From a virus, in IMG/VR virus record IMGVR_UViG_3300020470_003436, positions 7,065 to 71,064 of that record: DNA of 64,000 nucleotides. One strand, 5' to 3'. A program made the translations under genes and the position numbers. Under the pieces are notes generated by a model that was not told the DNA's origin, did no database searches, and saw nothing but the letters and a program-made list of their open reading frames with translations. How positions within the stretch are numbered: the first letter of the stretch is position 1; every line of letters starts with the position of its first letter. This document shows positions 10,500 through 21,484 of the stretch, piece after piece.

Positions 10500-10644
10500 T
10501 ATACTAAACCCATAAGGACTTACGAAGTTCCATCGGCGTTAGTTGGTCGTATGGTAATATAACGTTAGTACAAACGCTTTGGCTTTTAGAGACAGAGCAT
10601 AATTTCAATACCGTATTGATAACTAGTAAAATTGGAGGCTAGAA

Positions 10645-12159
10645 ATGCCAGGAATTAATGTCACCACTGCGGTGCGCACAGGACCTGTGGGTACCGGAGA
10701 TATTGTGGCAGGGCAATGGTTTGTCGCTGGGGAGACTGAGCGCGGAGACCTAGCCGTGCCAACACTATGTCGTAGCTTTAGCGATTATGTAAAATACTAC
10801 GGAGATTATCAAGCTGGTAACCTTTATCAGTATGTAAAGACATATTTTGATGAGGGTGGTACACGTTGCTATGTTCAACGTGCTCTTGGTGCATCTAGCG
10901 CTACTGCCACAAAAACACTTGATGACGCTTCAGGTAATGATACAATCACATTCACTGCCAAGAATGCAGGGCAATGGGGTAACAAACTTGCTGTACAAGT
11001 TGTTGCCGCTGACGTCGCTGGATTCAGAGTAAAAATTTATTTAAACGATGTTCTTTTGCTAACAACTCGTGACTGTACAGATGTTACAGATTGTATAAAT
11101 CTTATCAACACTACATCATCAGTTAACTATTTGATTGTTGCGTCTGATGATACAACTTCATCGGCTAACCCTGCTGTTGTTGCTAAAACATCTTTAGCGA
11201 GTGGGGCAAACGGAAACAACCCTCTTACAGACGCTGAAGCAGTAACTGCACTTGATTTACTTTCTCGTTCATACAAGTCAGGCGCTGTTTCTTTGCCGGG
11301 TCGTACTGGAACAACAATTTGGAATGGCCTTGTTGCACACGCTCAGGCTAACAACCGAATAGCGATTTGTGGATTTGGTTCTACGCAAACAGCCGCTCAA
11401 GCTAAAACTGCGGCTTCTGCATATTACTCAAATGCTGGCGCAAGCCACATGGGGTTCTATTTCCCACATGTTAAGGTTCCAGCACCTGCAAGTTCTGAAC
11501 TTGCTTCTTTGAATGAAGCAGGTTCTGCTGTAGAACCAACACCGTTAACTTCAACTGTTACAATTGACCCAACTGCTTATGTTGCGGCGGCACGTACTCG
11601 TGCGATTGAAGCTGCTGGTGGTCCATGGCGTGCAGGCGCTGGTCAGATTTCATCTGCGATAACTATCACAGATTTAGCAACTGATGTTACTCCAGCCGTA
11701 GGTGACTTGCTTGATGAAGCTAGAGTAAATGGTTTACGTAAAATTGGTGGACAGATTAGAGTTTATGGCGCTCGTTCAGTTTCTAACGATGAAGCTAACT
11801 GGCGGTTCATAACATTGCGTGACACAGTCAATTACATTGTGTATGGTTGTGAAGATCGCATGGAACAATTTGTGTTCAACACAATTGATGGACGTGGAAA
11901 CCTTTTTGGACGCATTCGTGCATCATTAAAAGCTTGGCTTGATCCAATGCGTATTGCTGGTGGGCTTTATGAAGCGTATGATGACAATGGTAATTTAGTG
12001 GACCCCGGTTATTCTGTAGTAGTTAACTCTACCAACAACCCAAATACTCAACTCGCTACCGGACTTGTAAAAGCTTCGGTTGGTGTAAGAGTTTCTGGTG
12101 TTGCTGATCTTATTGAAGTAGAAGTAACCAAGAGCAACCTAACGGCCCCAATTCTATAA
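10645..12159 (+). CDS. contractile tail sheath protein
   Basis: MPGINV start, GETERG, AKNAGQWGN, RVNGLRKI..IRVYGARSV and WRFITLR..EQFVFNTID sheath motifs; GGAGG SD. Confidence 0.93.
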   Translation: MPGINVTTAVRTGPVGTGDIVAGQWFVAGETERGDLAVPTLCRSFSDYVKYYGDYQAGNLYQYVKTYFDEGGTRCYVQRALGASSATATKTLDDASGNDTITFTAKNAGQWGNKLAVQVVAADVAGFRVKIYLNDVLLLTTRDCTDVTDCINLINTTSSVNYLIVASDDTTSSANPAVVAKTSLASGANGNNPLTDAEAVTALDLLSRSYKSGAVSLPGRTGTTIWNGLVAHAQANNRIAICGFGSTQTAAQAKTAASAYYSNAGASHMGFYFPHVKVPAPASSELASLNEAGSAVEPTPLTSTVTIDPTAYVAAARTRAIEAAGGPWRAGAGQISSAITITDLATDVTPAVGDLLDEARVNGLRKIGGQIRVYGARSVSNDEANWRFITLRDTVNYIVYGCEDRMEQFVFNTIDGRGNLFGRIRASLKAWLDPMRIAGGLYEAYDDNGNLVDPGYSVVVNSTNNPNTQLATGLVKASVGVRVSGVADLIEVEVTKSNLTAPIL

Positions 12160-12173
12160 GGAGATTATAAGAC

Positions 12174-12662
12174 ATGAAAACCACTCAAAGACAAATAGTA
12201 GGCGCAATTGAGCCTTCAGACTTGCCCGGAGCTGGCGCTGGTCATATTAGAGGCCCAGAGATGCAAACAGGTCAGGCTACTAATTACTTTGCTACTGTAA
12301 GTGGTGGGGAAATTAGTGCCGCTGTAGAAAAAATCTACGACGGAAACAATGCTTTCCCTGATGTTCTATGTGCCCCTTCAGAAATTGGTGATATAACTGT
12401 AAGCAAATTCTATGATGAGCAGTATGACTTAACATTTTTAGAAAAACTGCGTCAAATGGTAGGACGTGTATACTACGACGTGACTATATTTACGCTAGAT
12501 TGTGATCTAAAAGTTTCTGGTTCAGAGCGTGTTTACCCACGCTGCCTGCTAGTAGGACTTTCAGACATTGATGGTGACGCATCTTCTGGTGCCCCATCAT
12601 CATTCTCGCTTACATTTGCAGTTTCGCAAATTACACCAACTGAAGGCACCGTAGTAGCTTAA
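12174..12662 (+). CDS. tail tube protein
   Basis: Immediately follows the sheath; 162 aa; FATVSGGEIS, GDITVSK and C-terminal SLTFAV. Confidence 0.8.
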   Translation: MKTTQRQIVGAIEPSDLPGAGAGHIRGPEMQTGQATNYFATVSGGEISAAVEKIYDGNNAFPDVLCAPSEIGDITVSKFYDEQYDLTFLEKLRQMVGRVYYDVTIFTLDCDLKVSGSERVYPRCLLVGLSDIDGDASSGAPSSFSLTFAVSQITPTEGTVVA

Positions 12663-12684
12663 ACAATTAAAGGAAAGAAGAGAT

Positions 12685-13425
12685 ATGGCTATTCCAACCA
12701 CGAGTAAATGGGTTCGTCTTGACGAACTACACCCACGATTTAAAGATAGGCTAGAGGCGTTTTTCAACGATCCTGAGATAAAAGGAAAAGTTGCTGTTGT
12801 ATCTGGTGTTCGTACCTACGCACAGCAAAAGCGCCTTTATGATGGCTACATTAGCAAAAAGCCGGGGTTCAATCTGGCCGCCAACCCAGATAGAAAAAAA
12901 TCTAATGGGTTTCAGGGCAGTTATCACATGGCTCAGCCTTCATTTGGGTCTTACGGCTATGCTGTAGACTTTAGAATAATCAAATGGGGCGGCGGCATGA
13001 GCACCAATAAGGTCAATGCTGTAGCTAAAAAATATGGTATTCAAAAAACCGTACCTTCGGAGTGGTGGCATCACCAGCCCGGATATGTTTCTGGTGGAAA
13101 ATTTGTTTGGTTTGATGCTCCAGCTATTTCAGGTGAGAAGAAAATCACTAAAGCTGTTGCTGAACCCGAAAAGAGTGTTTTCAAGTTTATTGAAGACTGC
13201 ATGAAACTTGTTCTCCGTCGTGGAAGCAAGGGACCTGCTGTTGAATTACTGCAAAAACTTCTTGTTGCGCAGGGATATAAGCTAACACGTCATAAGAACC
13301 GTACAGGAATTGACGGAGATTTTGGTCCTGCCACACAACGTGCTGTTAAGCGATTCCAAAAAGACGATGGTCTTGTCGCTGATGGTATTGTAGGCAAAAA
13401 GTCTTGGGCAGCATTAACTGACTAA
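12685..13425 (+). CDS. endolysin: M15-family Zn peptidase plus peptidoglycan-binding domain
   Basis: SGVRT..QQ, SYH..YAVD and EWWH catalytic motifs; LRRGSKG..LQ..DGDFGPAT..VKRFQ..DGIVG PG-binding motif. Confidence 0.85.
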   Translation: MAIPTTSKWVRLDELHPRFKDRLEAFFNDPEIKGKVAVVSGVRTYAQQKRLYDGYISKKPGFNLAANPDRKKSNGFQGSYHMAQPSFGSYGYAVDFRIIKWGGGMSTNKVNAVAKKYGIQKTVPSEWWHHQPGYVSGGKFVWFDAPAISGEKKITKAVAEPEKSVFKFIEDCMKLVLRRGSKGPAVELLQKLLVAQGYKLTRHKNRTGIDGDFGPATQRAVKRFQKDDGLVADGIVGKKSWAALTD

Positions 13426-13474
13426 TTCGTGTGCACTGGTTGACACACATCTTAGTATTTGATAATATATAAGT

Positions 13475-14011
13475 ATGGATACACGAACAAATCAAAACGC
13501 TTCAGAAGGAGATGCGCCTATAAACGTACCTTCTGCAGCGCCTCAAGCAAAAGAGAAAAGCGCACCTAGATTATCAATTTTAGATCAGTTGAAAGAAGAA
13601 ATCTCTAAAGAGGTTACTAGGCCTGATATTGAAATGGAAGTACCTGAGCGTGCTGGCGTTACTGTTAGGTTCTCACCTAATATAACTAACGAGCAGTTAA
13701 AGTCTTGGCGTAGAAACTCAACTAACAGAAAGACTGATGAACTTGATTCTATTAAGTTTTCTTGTTATGTTGTAGGTCAAACAGTTCAAGGCATTTATTT
13801 CAATGAAGAACTTGTTGAAGATGCTAACGGCAATGTTGTTACTTTTGCATCTCCAGAAATTTTGGAGATGACGAACACTACACGCCCTCTTCCTGATGCT
13901 ATTCGTGCGTTTTACGCTACTGACCCTCACCTAGAATCAGTTGCTATCAAGATTCTTGATTATGCTGGTTACGGTGATGAAGTGGACGCAGAGGACCCTA
14001 CGAGGGGCTAG
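13475..14011 (+). CDS. tail assembly chaperone (gpG-like)
   Basis: Lies just before the tape measure gene; ends EDPTRG; followed by an open -1 frame. Confidence 0.75.
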   Translation: MDTRTNQNASEGDAPINVPSAAPQAKEKSAPRLSILDQLKEEISKEVTRPDIEMEVPERAGVTVRFSPNITNEQLKSWRRNSTNRKTDELDSIKFSCYVVGQTVQGIYFNEELVEDANGNVVTFASPEILEMTNTTRPLPDAIRAFYATDPHLESVAIKILDYAGYGDEVDAEDPTRG

Positions 14012-14199
14012 TTGATCACCTATCACATGATCACCGGATAAGATCAGCAGCCCGACTTGGAGAAGCCTTTCATACCGACCCGATTGAAATCCTTAGTTCG
14101 GATTTTGATACATGGTTAATCCGTATCGCTTGCGCACAGGCTTTGGCTAGGGATCAAGAAGAAGCGGAGCGTCGGAGAAGAGCACAAGGTGGCTTCTAA
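13996..14199 (+). CDS. tail assembly chaperone frameshift extension (gpGT-like, -1 frame)
   Basis: Open -1 frame PYEGLVDHLSHDHRIRSAARLGEAFHTDPIEIL...AQGGF* with no evident start/SD of its own; fills the gap before the TMP. Confidence 0.7.
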   Translation, partial: PYEGLVDHLSHDHRIRSAARLGEAFHTDPIEILSSDFDTWLIRIACAQALARDQEEAERRRRAQGGF

Positions 14200-14264
14200 G
14201 CGCCTTTAGGTGCGGTAGAATACTATTATAATTAATAGATTTTTGCCTACCCTTTGGAGAACCC

Positions 14265-17200
14265 ATGGCTGACACCCGGTCTACAGTTTCAATTAAAGTT
14301 AATATTGACGCTGATGGTGCTGCGGCGCAAATCAAGGTCCTTGAACAACGCTTAAAATCTTTAGAAAAGGTTTCAGATAGGGTTGGGGGCAGAGGCCGTA
14401 AAAGTATCGCTGGCCAAATGGATAAAGCCACCAGCGCATTCTCTAGACTCGGTAAGGGCATGGCGGGTGTTACGAAGGGATTCGGCCAACTCCTTGGAGC
14501 CATGACGAAAGTCAACTTTATTGCCATGGCGGCTGAAATGGCGGTATTTACTGCTGGTTTGTTAGCGATTAAATTAGCGTTGCTGACTGGGCGTGCTGCG
14601 GCACAAGTATGGTCAGTGGCCATGAAGGGTGTTTCTGTGGCCGCTGCGACAGTTACTGCTGGTTTGGCTACGGCTGCGGCTGCTATGCGCCAGTTTCAAG
14701 AAGCACAGATGACTCCGTTTTTGGGCGGAAAGTCAGTCGGAATGGGTCGTGCTAGAGGCATAAGCCGTGGTATGGGTGCAAGAAACATGGGTCTTCTTGG
14801 CGGTCAAGGAGCGCAACAAGTTGCTGCTGCACAGGCTAAGGGCGGATTTAAAGGTGTAAATAGTGCTAGTTTTATTTCAGCTTTAATTAACGCTGCTGGT
14901 AGCGCTGATCCCGCAGCGCTTGCGGCTGTGTTAAGTCAAACGACTGTAAGTGGGGCAAGGAACGCTATGAGCGGCTTGGCGGGCGTTAATAAAGATGCTT
15001 TGTCTGGTGCTACTACTTTTGAAGGATTAGCTTCTGCTCTTGGAGGCGCAACTAAGGCTGGTTTTGGTAGCACAGGCGAGACAATGGCTAACACCTTTAT
15101 TGGAACCGTTAAGACTGGTTTTGCTGGCATGAAAACCATGTTTGCTGATATGGGCGCTCCAATGCTGGAGCCAATGCGTGAAGCTTTCATGCAAATCAAT
15201 CAAATATTGACTAATAACTTTTTGGTTCTTCAGTCTATCATTCAAAAATTTGGTGCTAATTCTATGGCACCCACGATGGTCACAATATTTGACCGAATGA
15301 TGAAGTGGATAACTAGAAATGTTATTGACCATTTGGACAACATTAAAGAAATGGGTGAAAACTTTGTTGGCTTCTTCAGAAGCATAAAGAATTTTTTCCA
15401 AGGAATGGGCGCTTGGCTTGTACAGTTTGAGCCTGCTGCTAATGTTATTATTGACATGTTTAAGGCTGCGTCTAATGCGAATTCGTCTGGACTTTTTAGA
15501 CAGTTTTCTAAGCTACTTACTGATAACGCTGAGGGAATTAAAGAGTTTGGTGCTGCGTCAGGGCGTTTGTTCGGCGGCGTGATGAACTTATTTGCTGGGG
15601 GTAACAGAGGATTCTTTGAGAGAATCCCTATGATTGTACAAACAATGGACACAATCACTACGAAACTTATTCCAGCTATTTCTGATTTGTGGAATAGGAT
15701 AGCTCCTGTTTTTGATAGGTTGCCTGAGGTTATAGACAGTGTGGCGCAGGCGATCAATGCAGTTGCTCCGTTTATTGGTATGTTGGCTAGCGCTATTAGT
15801 CAAGTTATTGGCATTTTATCTAAGCTAGGCCCTTTGCTAGGCATGATGGTGTTTGCTGGCGCAGGTGCTTCCGGAGCAAAATTGTTTGGTATAGGTACTA
15901 TGGCTCGGGGTTTGGGAAGAGCGACGGGCTTGAATGCAGCAAATCTAGGTGGTAAAGCTCGTGCGTGGTGGAATGCTCCTGCTAGAGGACAGCAAGCTCT
16001 TGGCAAAGGCATGCACGGTCCAGTACTGACCAATGCGGTAAAGTATGGTAGATATGCCAGAATGGCCGGAGGATTAACAACCGCAGTGGCTGGAGGCGCT
16101 ATGGCTGTTCAAGGCGGCATGGAGGCATGGAATACGGGTAGATTTTCTGGTAAAATGGCCATGGGTGCTGGTTTGGGTATAATGGGCGCTGGTATGATGG
16201 GGTTGACTGTAACTGGTCCTGTTGGAGCTGCAATTATAGCGACTGCTCTTTTGACGGAAGGTATTTTAGCTTACTTCGGTAATAAAAAGTTTAAAGCCGA
16301 CTCTAGAAAGGCTATGGAAGAGGCTTTTGAATCCCGTGATAAAGCAAGAGAGAAAAAGTTTACAGATGGAACATTTGGTGTGGACGATTTCAATATCCTA
16401 ACACAAGAGGCCAAACTTTTAGAGGCGGCGATTGAGGCTGGCTTTGATGATAAGGGAGAATGGAAGGGCGAAGGCGACACTCCGGAAATGCGTGCATATT
16501 TACGCTTCCTTGAGGAGCATGGCGTTGAAGGCGCTACACAGAAGCACCGAGATGAGTCTTTACAGACAGCAGTAGATGAAGGCGAACTTGAAGCGTTGCA
16601 GGAAGATATATTAAAGGCCGAGGAAAACAGGCTAGCTCACATTACAAAGTTCGCTGAACAAACAAACCTTGCGTTTGAAAAATTAGGAATGTCGCTGGAA
16701 ATAACTGCCGAAGAAGCCACAGAGCTAGGTCAAAAACTATATGGTATAGACTTCTTTCAATCCGGTGGCGGTGTACTGGGTGGACTAATGTTAGCCTCAC
16801 ACTTGGGGGAGATAGACAGGAACCAAGCTTTCACTCCAAACTTCTCTGGGTCTATGTTGAGCCAAAATGAAAGCATGCTTTCTGCTGATGCTGCTCTGAA
16901 TGCGTTAGCGGGCGATTTCAACATGAACAACTTACAGGACTTTACAAGTAAGTTTGCTGGATATGAAATCTCACGAGGCATGTCGGCTGATATGGCGGGC
17001 TTGTCTGCTCTTGTAGAGGTTAGACAACATGCTGAAGCTGGAGTGTTCGGTACAAACAAGAACGCTGCGTTAGAAGCGGTAAATGTTGCTGAGCAACAGA
17101 TGTTTGCAGATATGGGTATGAGTTACAACATGGACTCTATCATGTTGAAGGCAGCGTTTGATACTGGCGGCATTGAGGCTGTTGAGGCCAAGATAACGGA

Positions 17201-17708
17201 GACGCAACAAGTAAGGCGTGCGATAGCTGGAACTGACAAATCCCAAGATGCCTTTGGAAGAATACAGCAGATAGAACAGATCTCTGGAGTTAACTTAAGA
17301 ACAGACCAAGATTTCTTACAGAACATGGGTGGACGAATTACAGATGAGCAATTAGATGAACTTGGCATTCAGTCACACAGAGCCGCCTATTCCGATACTG
17401 GTAGACAATATAACGTGACGACTTCTGATGAGTATAGGATTGAAGCACTTATGGCGAAAGCTGAAGCGGGCGACGAAGCAGCCAATGAGGCTTTGAATGA
17501 AATTATGAACCAGTGGATGCTTGATAGTGACGACATGGATGGTAAGCGTAACCAATTGTTAGAAGGTATTTTAGAGGCGGCACAGAATCCAGTTGTAATT
17601 ATAAATGGTCAGGAAGCTGGGGGAGCAGAAGTAACAATATCAACAGTAGCCGAATCAATCCGAAATACAGCGCAAACCGTAACCTCGGCTTTAACAGGAC
17701 TAGTCTAA
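14265..17708 (+). CDS. tape measure protein
   Basis: 1147 aa, Ala/Gly/Met-rich and helical, with hydrophobic segments; follows the chaperone. Confidence 0.88.
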   Translation: MADTRSTVSIKVNIDADGAAAQIKVLEQRLKSLEKVSDRVGGRGRKSIAGQMDKATSAFSRLGKGMAGVTKGFGQLLGAMTKVNFIAMAAEMAVFTAGLLAIKLALLTGRAAAQVWSVAMKGVSVAAATVTAGLATAAAAMRQFQEAQMTPFLGGKSVGMGRARGISRGMGARNMGLLGGQGAQQVAAAQAKGGFKGVNSASFISALINAAGSADPAALAAVLSQTTVSGARNAMSGLAGVNKDALSGATTFEGLASALGGATKAGFGSTGETMANTFIGTVKTGFAGMKTMFADMGAPMLEPMREAFMQINQILTNNFLVLQSIIQKFGANSMAPTMVTIFDRMMKWITRNVIDHLDNIKEMGENFVGFFRSIKNFFQGMGAWLVQFEPAANVIIDMFKAASNANSSGLFRQFSKLLTDNAEGIKEFGAASGRLFGGVMNLFAGGNRGFFERIPMIVQTMDTITTKLIPAISDLWNRIAPVFDRLPEVIDSVAQAINAVAPFIGMLASAISQVIGILSKLGPLLGMMVFAGAGASGAKLFGIGTMARGLGRATGLNAANLGGKARAWWNAPARGQQALGKGMHGPVLTNAVKYGRYARMAGGLTTAVAGGAMAVQGGMEAWNTGRFSGKMAMGAGLGIMGAGMMGLTVTGPVGAAIIATALLTEGILAYFGNKKFKADSRKAMEEAFESRDKAREKKFTDGTFGVDDFNILTQEAKLLEAAIEAGFDDKGEWKGEGDTPEMRAYLRFLEEHGVEGATQKHRDESLQTAVDEGELEALQEDILKAEENRLAHITKFAEQTNLAFEKLGMSLEITAEEATELGQKLYGIDFFQSGGGVLGGLMLASHLGEIDRNQAFTPNFSGSMLSQNESMLSADAALNALAGDFNMNNLQDFTSKFAGYEISRGMSADMAGLSALVEVRQHAEAGVFGTNKNAALEAVNVAEQQMFADMGMSYNMDSIMLKAAFDTGGIEAVEAKITETQQVRRAIAGTDKSQDAFGRIQQIEQISGVNLRTDQDFLQNMGGRITDEQLDELGIQSHRAAYSDTGRQYNVTTSDEYRIEALMAKAEAGDEAANEALNEIMNQWMLDSDDMDGKRNQLLEGILEAAQNPVVIINGQEAGGAEVTISTVAESIRNTAQTVTSALTGLV

Positions 17709-17709
17709 A

Positions 17710-18477
17710 ATGGCTAGGGTTCTAACCACGTTTATAACACCTGACAATGCGGTAGTTAATTCACCGTTTAGGTCCGTTACCCCAAAACGTGCAATACTTA
17801 AAAGACACATAAACGACACATCTGATTTATCTGGGTACGATTCAACTATATCAGATTCTATTGAGTTTCCTTTCGGCCCGAAAGATTTAAAACACGACGG
17901 AATGGCAGTGAACATGGCAGAAATAGCTAGGCCGGGAAAAGTGCCGCTATTAGAAGTAGATGCTCCCAAGCTAAGGAGTGTTACGTTTAATGCCGTAATA
18001 TCAAATAAAGCGTCAGGCGGAACAATATCTGTTATTCCCATGTTGGAGACATTGGAAATGCTCGCTGGTTCTGGAGCCGCTTGTACTTTTACTTATGGGA
18101 CTACAAAACTAGGGTTTACTGTTTGTTTGGTCAATTTCAGCTATACGGTTAAATACCGCAACTCAGAAGGAGAGCCTGTAAGGGTTGACGCTTCACTTAC
18201 CTTAAGAGAAAAGCCTGTCTTTACACAGCAATTAGTGCAATTAGATGTTATTCCCTATACGCCTCCCGTGCAAAAACCGGGAGACCCTCCTCCTGATCCA
18301 GAGGGCGAGCCTCCATGGTACACGGTTCACTCTCAGTTTGACCCCACAGGAGAAGATTACGACCGAATGGCTGTATTGTGGCAGCTTGCTCAAGATGATC
18401 CAGAAACATATGGGCAGGCATACGAGAATGCTATGAAGCAAAGAATTGGTTTTATTTCTCCAAACGTTGCTTCTTAA
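17710..18477 (+). CDS. tail tube initiator / baseplate-proximal protein
   Basis: Follows the TMP; EIARPGKVPLL..LRSVTF..GEPVRVDASLTLRE pattern. Confidence 0.65.
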   Translation: MARVLTTFITPDNAVVNSPFRSVTPKRAILKRHINDTSDLSGYDSTISDSIEFPFGPKDLKHDGMAVNMAEIARPGKVPLLEVDAPKLRSVTFNAVISNKASGGTISVIPMLETLEMLAGSGAACTFTYGTTKLGFTVCLVNFSYTVKYRNSEGEPVRVDASLTLREKPVFTQQLVQLDVIPYTPPVQKPGDPPPDPEGEPPWYTVHSQFDPTGEDYDRMAVLWQLAQDDPETYGQAYENAMKQRIGFISPNVAS

Positions 18478-18538
18478 CCAAGTAACTAGTTAATAATTGG
18501 GGCTGGAAACTATAAGCTTAATGCTGTAGAATAAGTAT

Positions 18539-19738
18539 ATGCCTGAAGAAACGTTAGATTTAAAGCCTGTAACCTTAGATTCGCTAATTGTTGGCGAAGT
18601 AGGCGATGGCGCTTTAGCAGAAATAAAAGACTCCATAATAGCTTTTTCTTGTGAGCTAACAGCCGACCGTGTAAGCTCTATTACTTTTACCGTGTATGAC
18701 CCACAATTTAAAATGCACGATCTTAATTATTTCCTAATTCAGCGAACTGTAGCATTTAATAACATGTTGTATGAAATAGCCACAGTTACTCTTAATCACA
18801 AAAACCGAGACACAATTCAAGTAACGTGCCGTAATAAAGCAATGGAAAGAATGAGAAGAGCTAAAGGTCAACATTCATGGGGAACGATATCCCCTACTGA
18901 CTTAGCTGCTTTAATTGCCAGAAAGTACGGGCTTTCTTTTTTCGGGGAGCCGTCTCCGATCAATGGGACGATCTCTAGAAAGCAAGATCAGAATAATGAG
19001 GAGTCAACCTATCAAGTTCTTCAAAGATTGGCAAAAGATTTAGAGTTTAGATTTTTTGAAGCAAAAGGAACGCTTTTCTTTGCTTCAGAAGAATATATTG
19101 TTGGTGCACAAGGCTTGATTCAGATGACTGTGCCGGGGAGAGAAGCCATAACGCTTTCTGACGGTTCGTTTTCAACAGACACAGTGTTTACCTTATCCGC
19201 TAACTTGAAACGAAGCCAAGACACTGAGAAGCCTGCAACTTTTACTGCGACAGTGTATAAGAACCCGACCACAGAACAACTATACCCCGGATTAGGTGCG
19301 GCTTTTTACAAAATAAAAGAGAAAAAAGTTGCCGATCCGGAAACTTTAGAGATGGTAACTTCGTATGACAGGGTGCCGTTCCCTACTTATTCAGATTTAT
19401 TTTTTATAGATAAGGTAGCCTACGGTATTGGGCCAACTGCACAAGTTTCTATATCGGGGACTTCAATTTTGGAAACTTCTGACATGGTGTGTTCAACTGA
19501 AACATTCCAGTCTGGATCTGCAGGAATTTGTGTAGAAAGAATACAGCAAGCTGTGGGTATTGATGTTGAGAGCAGAACTGGCATTTTTGATAGCAATACT
19601 GAAATTAAAGTTAAAGAGTTCCAGACAGCCAACTCACTTACATCTAACGGTATTGTGGGTCCTGAGACATGGGCTAAAATAGAAGAGCAAGGCTTAACAA
19701 ACGTTTCTGCGCCAATAACAGATATTAGGGCATCATGA
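18539..19738 (+). CDS. baseplate hub (gpD/gp27-like) with C-terminal peptidoglycan-binding domain
   Basis: IARKYGL, EESTYQVLQRLAKDLEFRFFEAKGTLFF; C-terminal GIFD..T..VKEFQ..NGIVGPETW. Confidence 0.8.
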   Translation: MPEETLDLKPVTLDSLIVGEVGDGALAEIKDSIIAFSCELTADRVSSITFTVYDPQFKMHDLNYFLIQRTVAFNNMLYEIATVTLNHKNRDTIQVTCRNKAMERMRRAKGQHSWGTISPTDLAALIARKYGLSFFGEPSPINGTISRKQDQNNEESTYQVLQRLAKDLEFRFFEAKGTLFFASEEYIVGAQGLIQMTVPGREAITLSDGSFSTDTVFTLSANLKRSQDTEKPATFTATVYKNPTTEQLYPGLGAAFYKIKEKKVADPETLEMVTSYDRVPFPTYSDLFFIDKVAYGIGPTAQVSISGTSILETSDMVCSTETFQSGSAGICVERIQQAVGIDVESRTGIFDSNTEIKVKEFQTANSLTSNGIVGPETWAKIEEQGLTNVSAPITDIRAS

Positions 19739-21423
19739 GTTCACGAAGAAATTTTAACACATCATATTCCAATCCGGGTGGGGTCCCTGCGGGAATTTTC
19801 CGTGCCGAAGTAATTGAGGCGGCGGCAAGCAGTTTAAAGGTCCGCATACCACGATTAGGGTCTAATGGGGTTTATAGCGACGTACCGTATTATGGTATCA
19901 AGCCTGCTGTTGGTGATACTATTATTGTGGGGTTGTTAGAAGGCAATTCTAGTAATCCTGTTGCTATTACTCCCTCTCCTTATGGTGAGAGTGCTGGTGG
20001 CGGTGGGTCTTCTGTGGGTGGTGCTAACACACAAGTTCAGTATAACAATAGTGGTGTGTTGGCGGGTTCTACTAATATGACTTTTGATGGCACTTCTTTG
20101 GATGTTGCTGGGTTGAAGTTGGCTAATACTGCGATTACGTCTACTGCCGCTGAGTTAAACATTCTTGATGGTGTTACATCTACGACAGCTGAGTTAAACA
20201 TTCTTGATGGTGTTACCTCTACGACAGCAGAGTTAAATATTCTTGATGGTGTTACTTCTACAGCGGCAGAACTCAATCTCCTTGACGGTATAACCGCTGG
20301 AACAGTGTCTGCATCGCTAGCGGTAATTGTAGATAGTGACAAAGATATCACAGGTTTTAGAAACGTCACGCTCACAGGTGAACTTGATGCAGCCACTTTA
20401 GACATATCGGGGGATGCTGATATTGACGGTACCACTAATTTAGATGTTGTAGACATTGACGGTGCAGTTGATATGGCATCTACTTTAAACGTGGCGACTA
20501 GTGTGGGTATTGGTACTACATCTCCGGTTGGTCAACTTAGTGTTGACTCTCAAAACCGTCAAATATCTATTATTGACTCAGGTACTGTTAATTACGCTGA
20601 AATACGAGCGCACGCTGTGGACAGTGCTACGAGCTATGCCAACGTTAATTACAACGCTTATAGTCATAACTTTGTTATTGAAGGAACTAGAAAACTATAC
20701 ATTGATAACAATGGGGATATTTTACCTGATACAGATAGTGATATAGATTTAGGCAATTCAACTAGGTTTTTTGCTAAGGCTTACATAGATGAAGCAACTA
20801 TAGGAGCTTCTATTGGGCCAATCCTTAAAAGCGGTTCTGGTGATGCTTTGCGAATAGAGAACGATCACGGTTATATTGATATTGGCCCTATGAATGATGG
20901 CGCAGAACACATATATGCTTCAGCATCAACTCTGTTCTTTGGGGTAAGTGGTAACGCTGAGATTCGTCTTACTTCAAGTCAACTCTCCCCATCTTCTAAT
21001 GAGGGGACTAATCTTGGAAGTGAGGATTACACTTGGAATAAATTCTATCTAGGTCAGGCTAACACATTCTCATCAGGTGGCTATTATACGTTGCGTTCTA
21101 GGGACGAAGACCGACAGGTAATGGAGTTAACCTCAAGTGAGCGCTTTAAGAAAGACATTGTAGACCTTCCACTAAGCGAAGCATATAAAATATTAGATGC
21201 TAGGCCTATCAAATACAGGGGGATTGATGATGATGCTTCAGTTCCTCTAGAAGTTGGTTTATCTGCTGAAAGTCTACACAACGCAGGCTATGAGTATGCA
21301 GTCCGTTATGATGAAGGGCATTGGGGGACAACCCCACGAAGTATTTACTACGAATACTTAACTGCGCCACTAATAGCGATTATTAAAGACTTGAAAACAC
21401 GACTTGAAGCACTTGAATCATAA
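19735..21423 (+). CDS. baseplate spike-like (gpV OB-fold N-terminus) fused to fibre repeats and a peptidase S74 chaperone domain
   Basis: LKVRIPRL..PAVGD.IIVGLLEG...P N-terminus; STAAELNILDGVT repeats; TSSERFKKDI...IKDLKTRLEALES C-terminus. Confidence 0.75.
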   Translation: MSSRRNFNTSYSNPGGVPAGIFRAEVIEAAASSLKVRIPRLGSNGVYSDVPYYGIKPAVGDTIIVGLLEGNSSNPVAITPSPYGESAGGGGSSVGGANTQVQYNNSGVLAGSTNMTFDGTSLDVAGLKLANTAITSTAAELNILDGVTSTTAELNILDGVTSTTAELNILDGVTSTAAELNLLDGITAGTVSASLAVIVDSDKDITGFRNVTLTGELDAATLDISGDADIDGTTNLDVVDIDGAVDMASTLNVATSVGIGTTSPVGQLSVDSQNRQISIIDSGTVNYAEIRAHAVDSATSYANVNYNAYSHNFVIEGTRKLYIDNNGDILPDTDSDIDLGNSTRFFAKAYIDEATIGASIGPILKSGSGDALRIENDHGYIDIGPMNDGAEHIYASASTLFFGVSGNAEIRLTSSQLSPSSNEGTNLGSEDYTWNKFYLGQANTFSSGGYYTLRSRDEDRQVMELTSSERFKKDIVDLPLSEAYKILDARPIKYRGIDDDASVPLEVGLSAESLHNAGYEYAVRYDEGHWGTTPRSIYYEYLTAPLIAIIKDLKTRLEALES

Positions 21424-21484
21424 TCTTACCTGAGTTTACATAAAGAAATCTTGACTTTTTCTGTACGTGTAGTAGAATAGGTAT

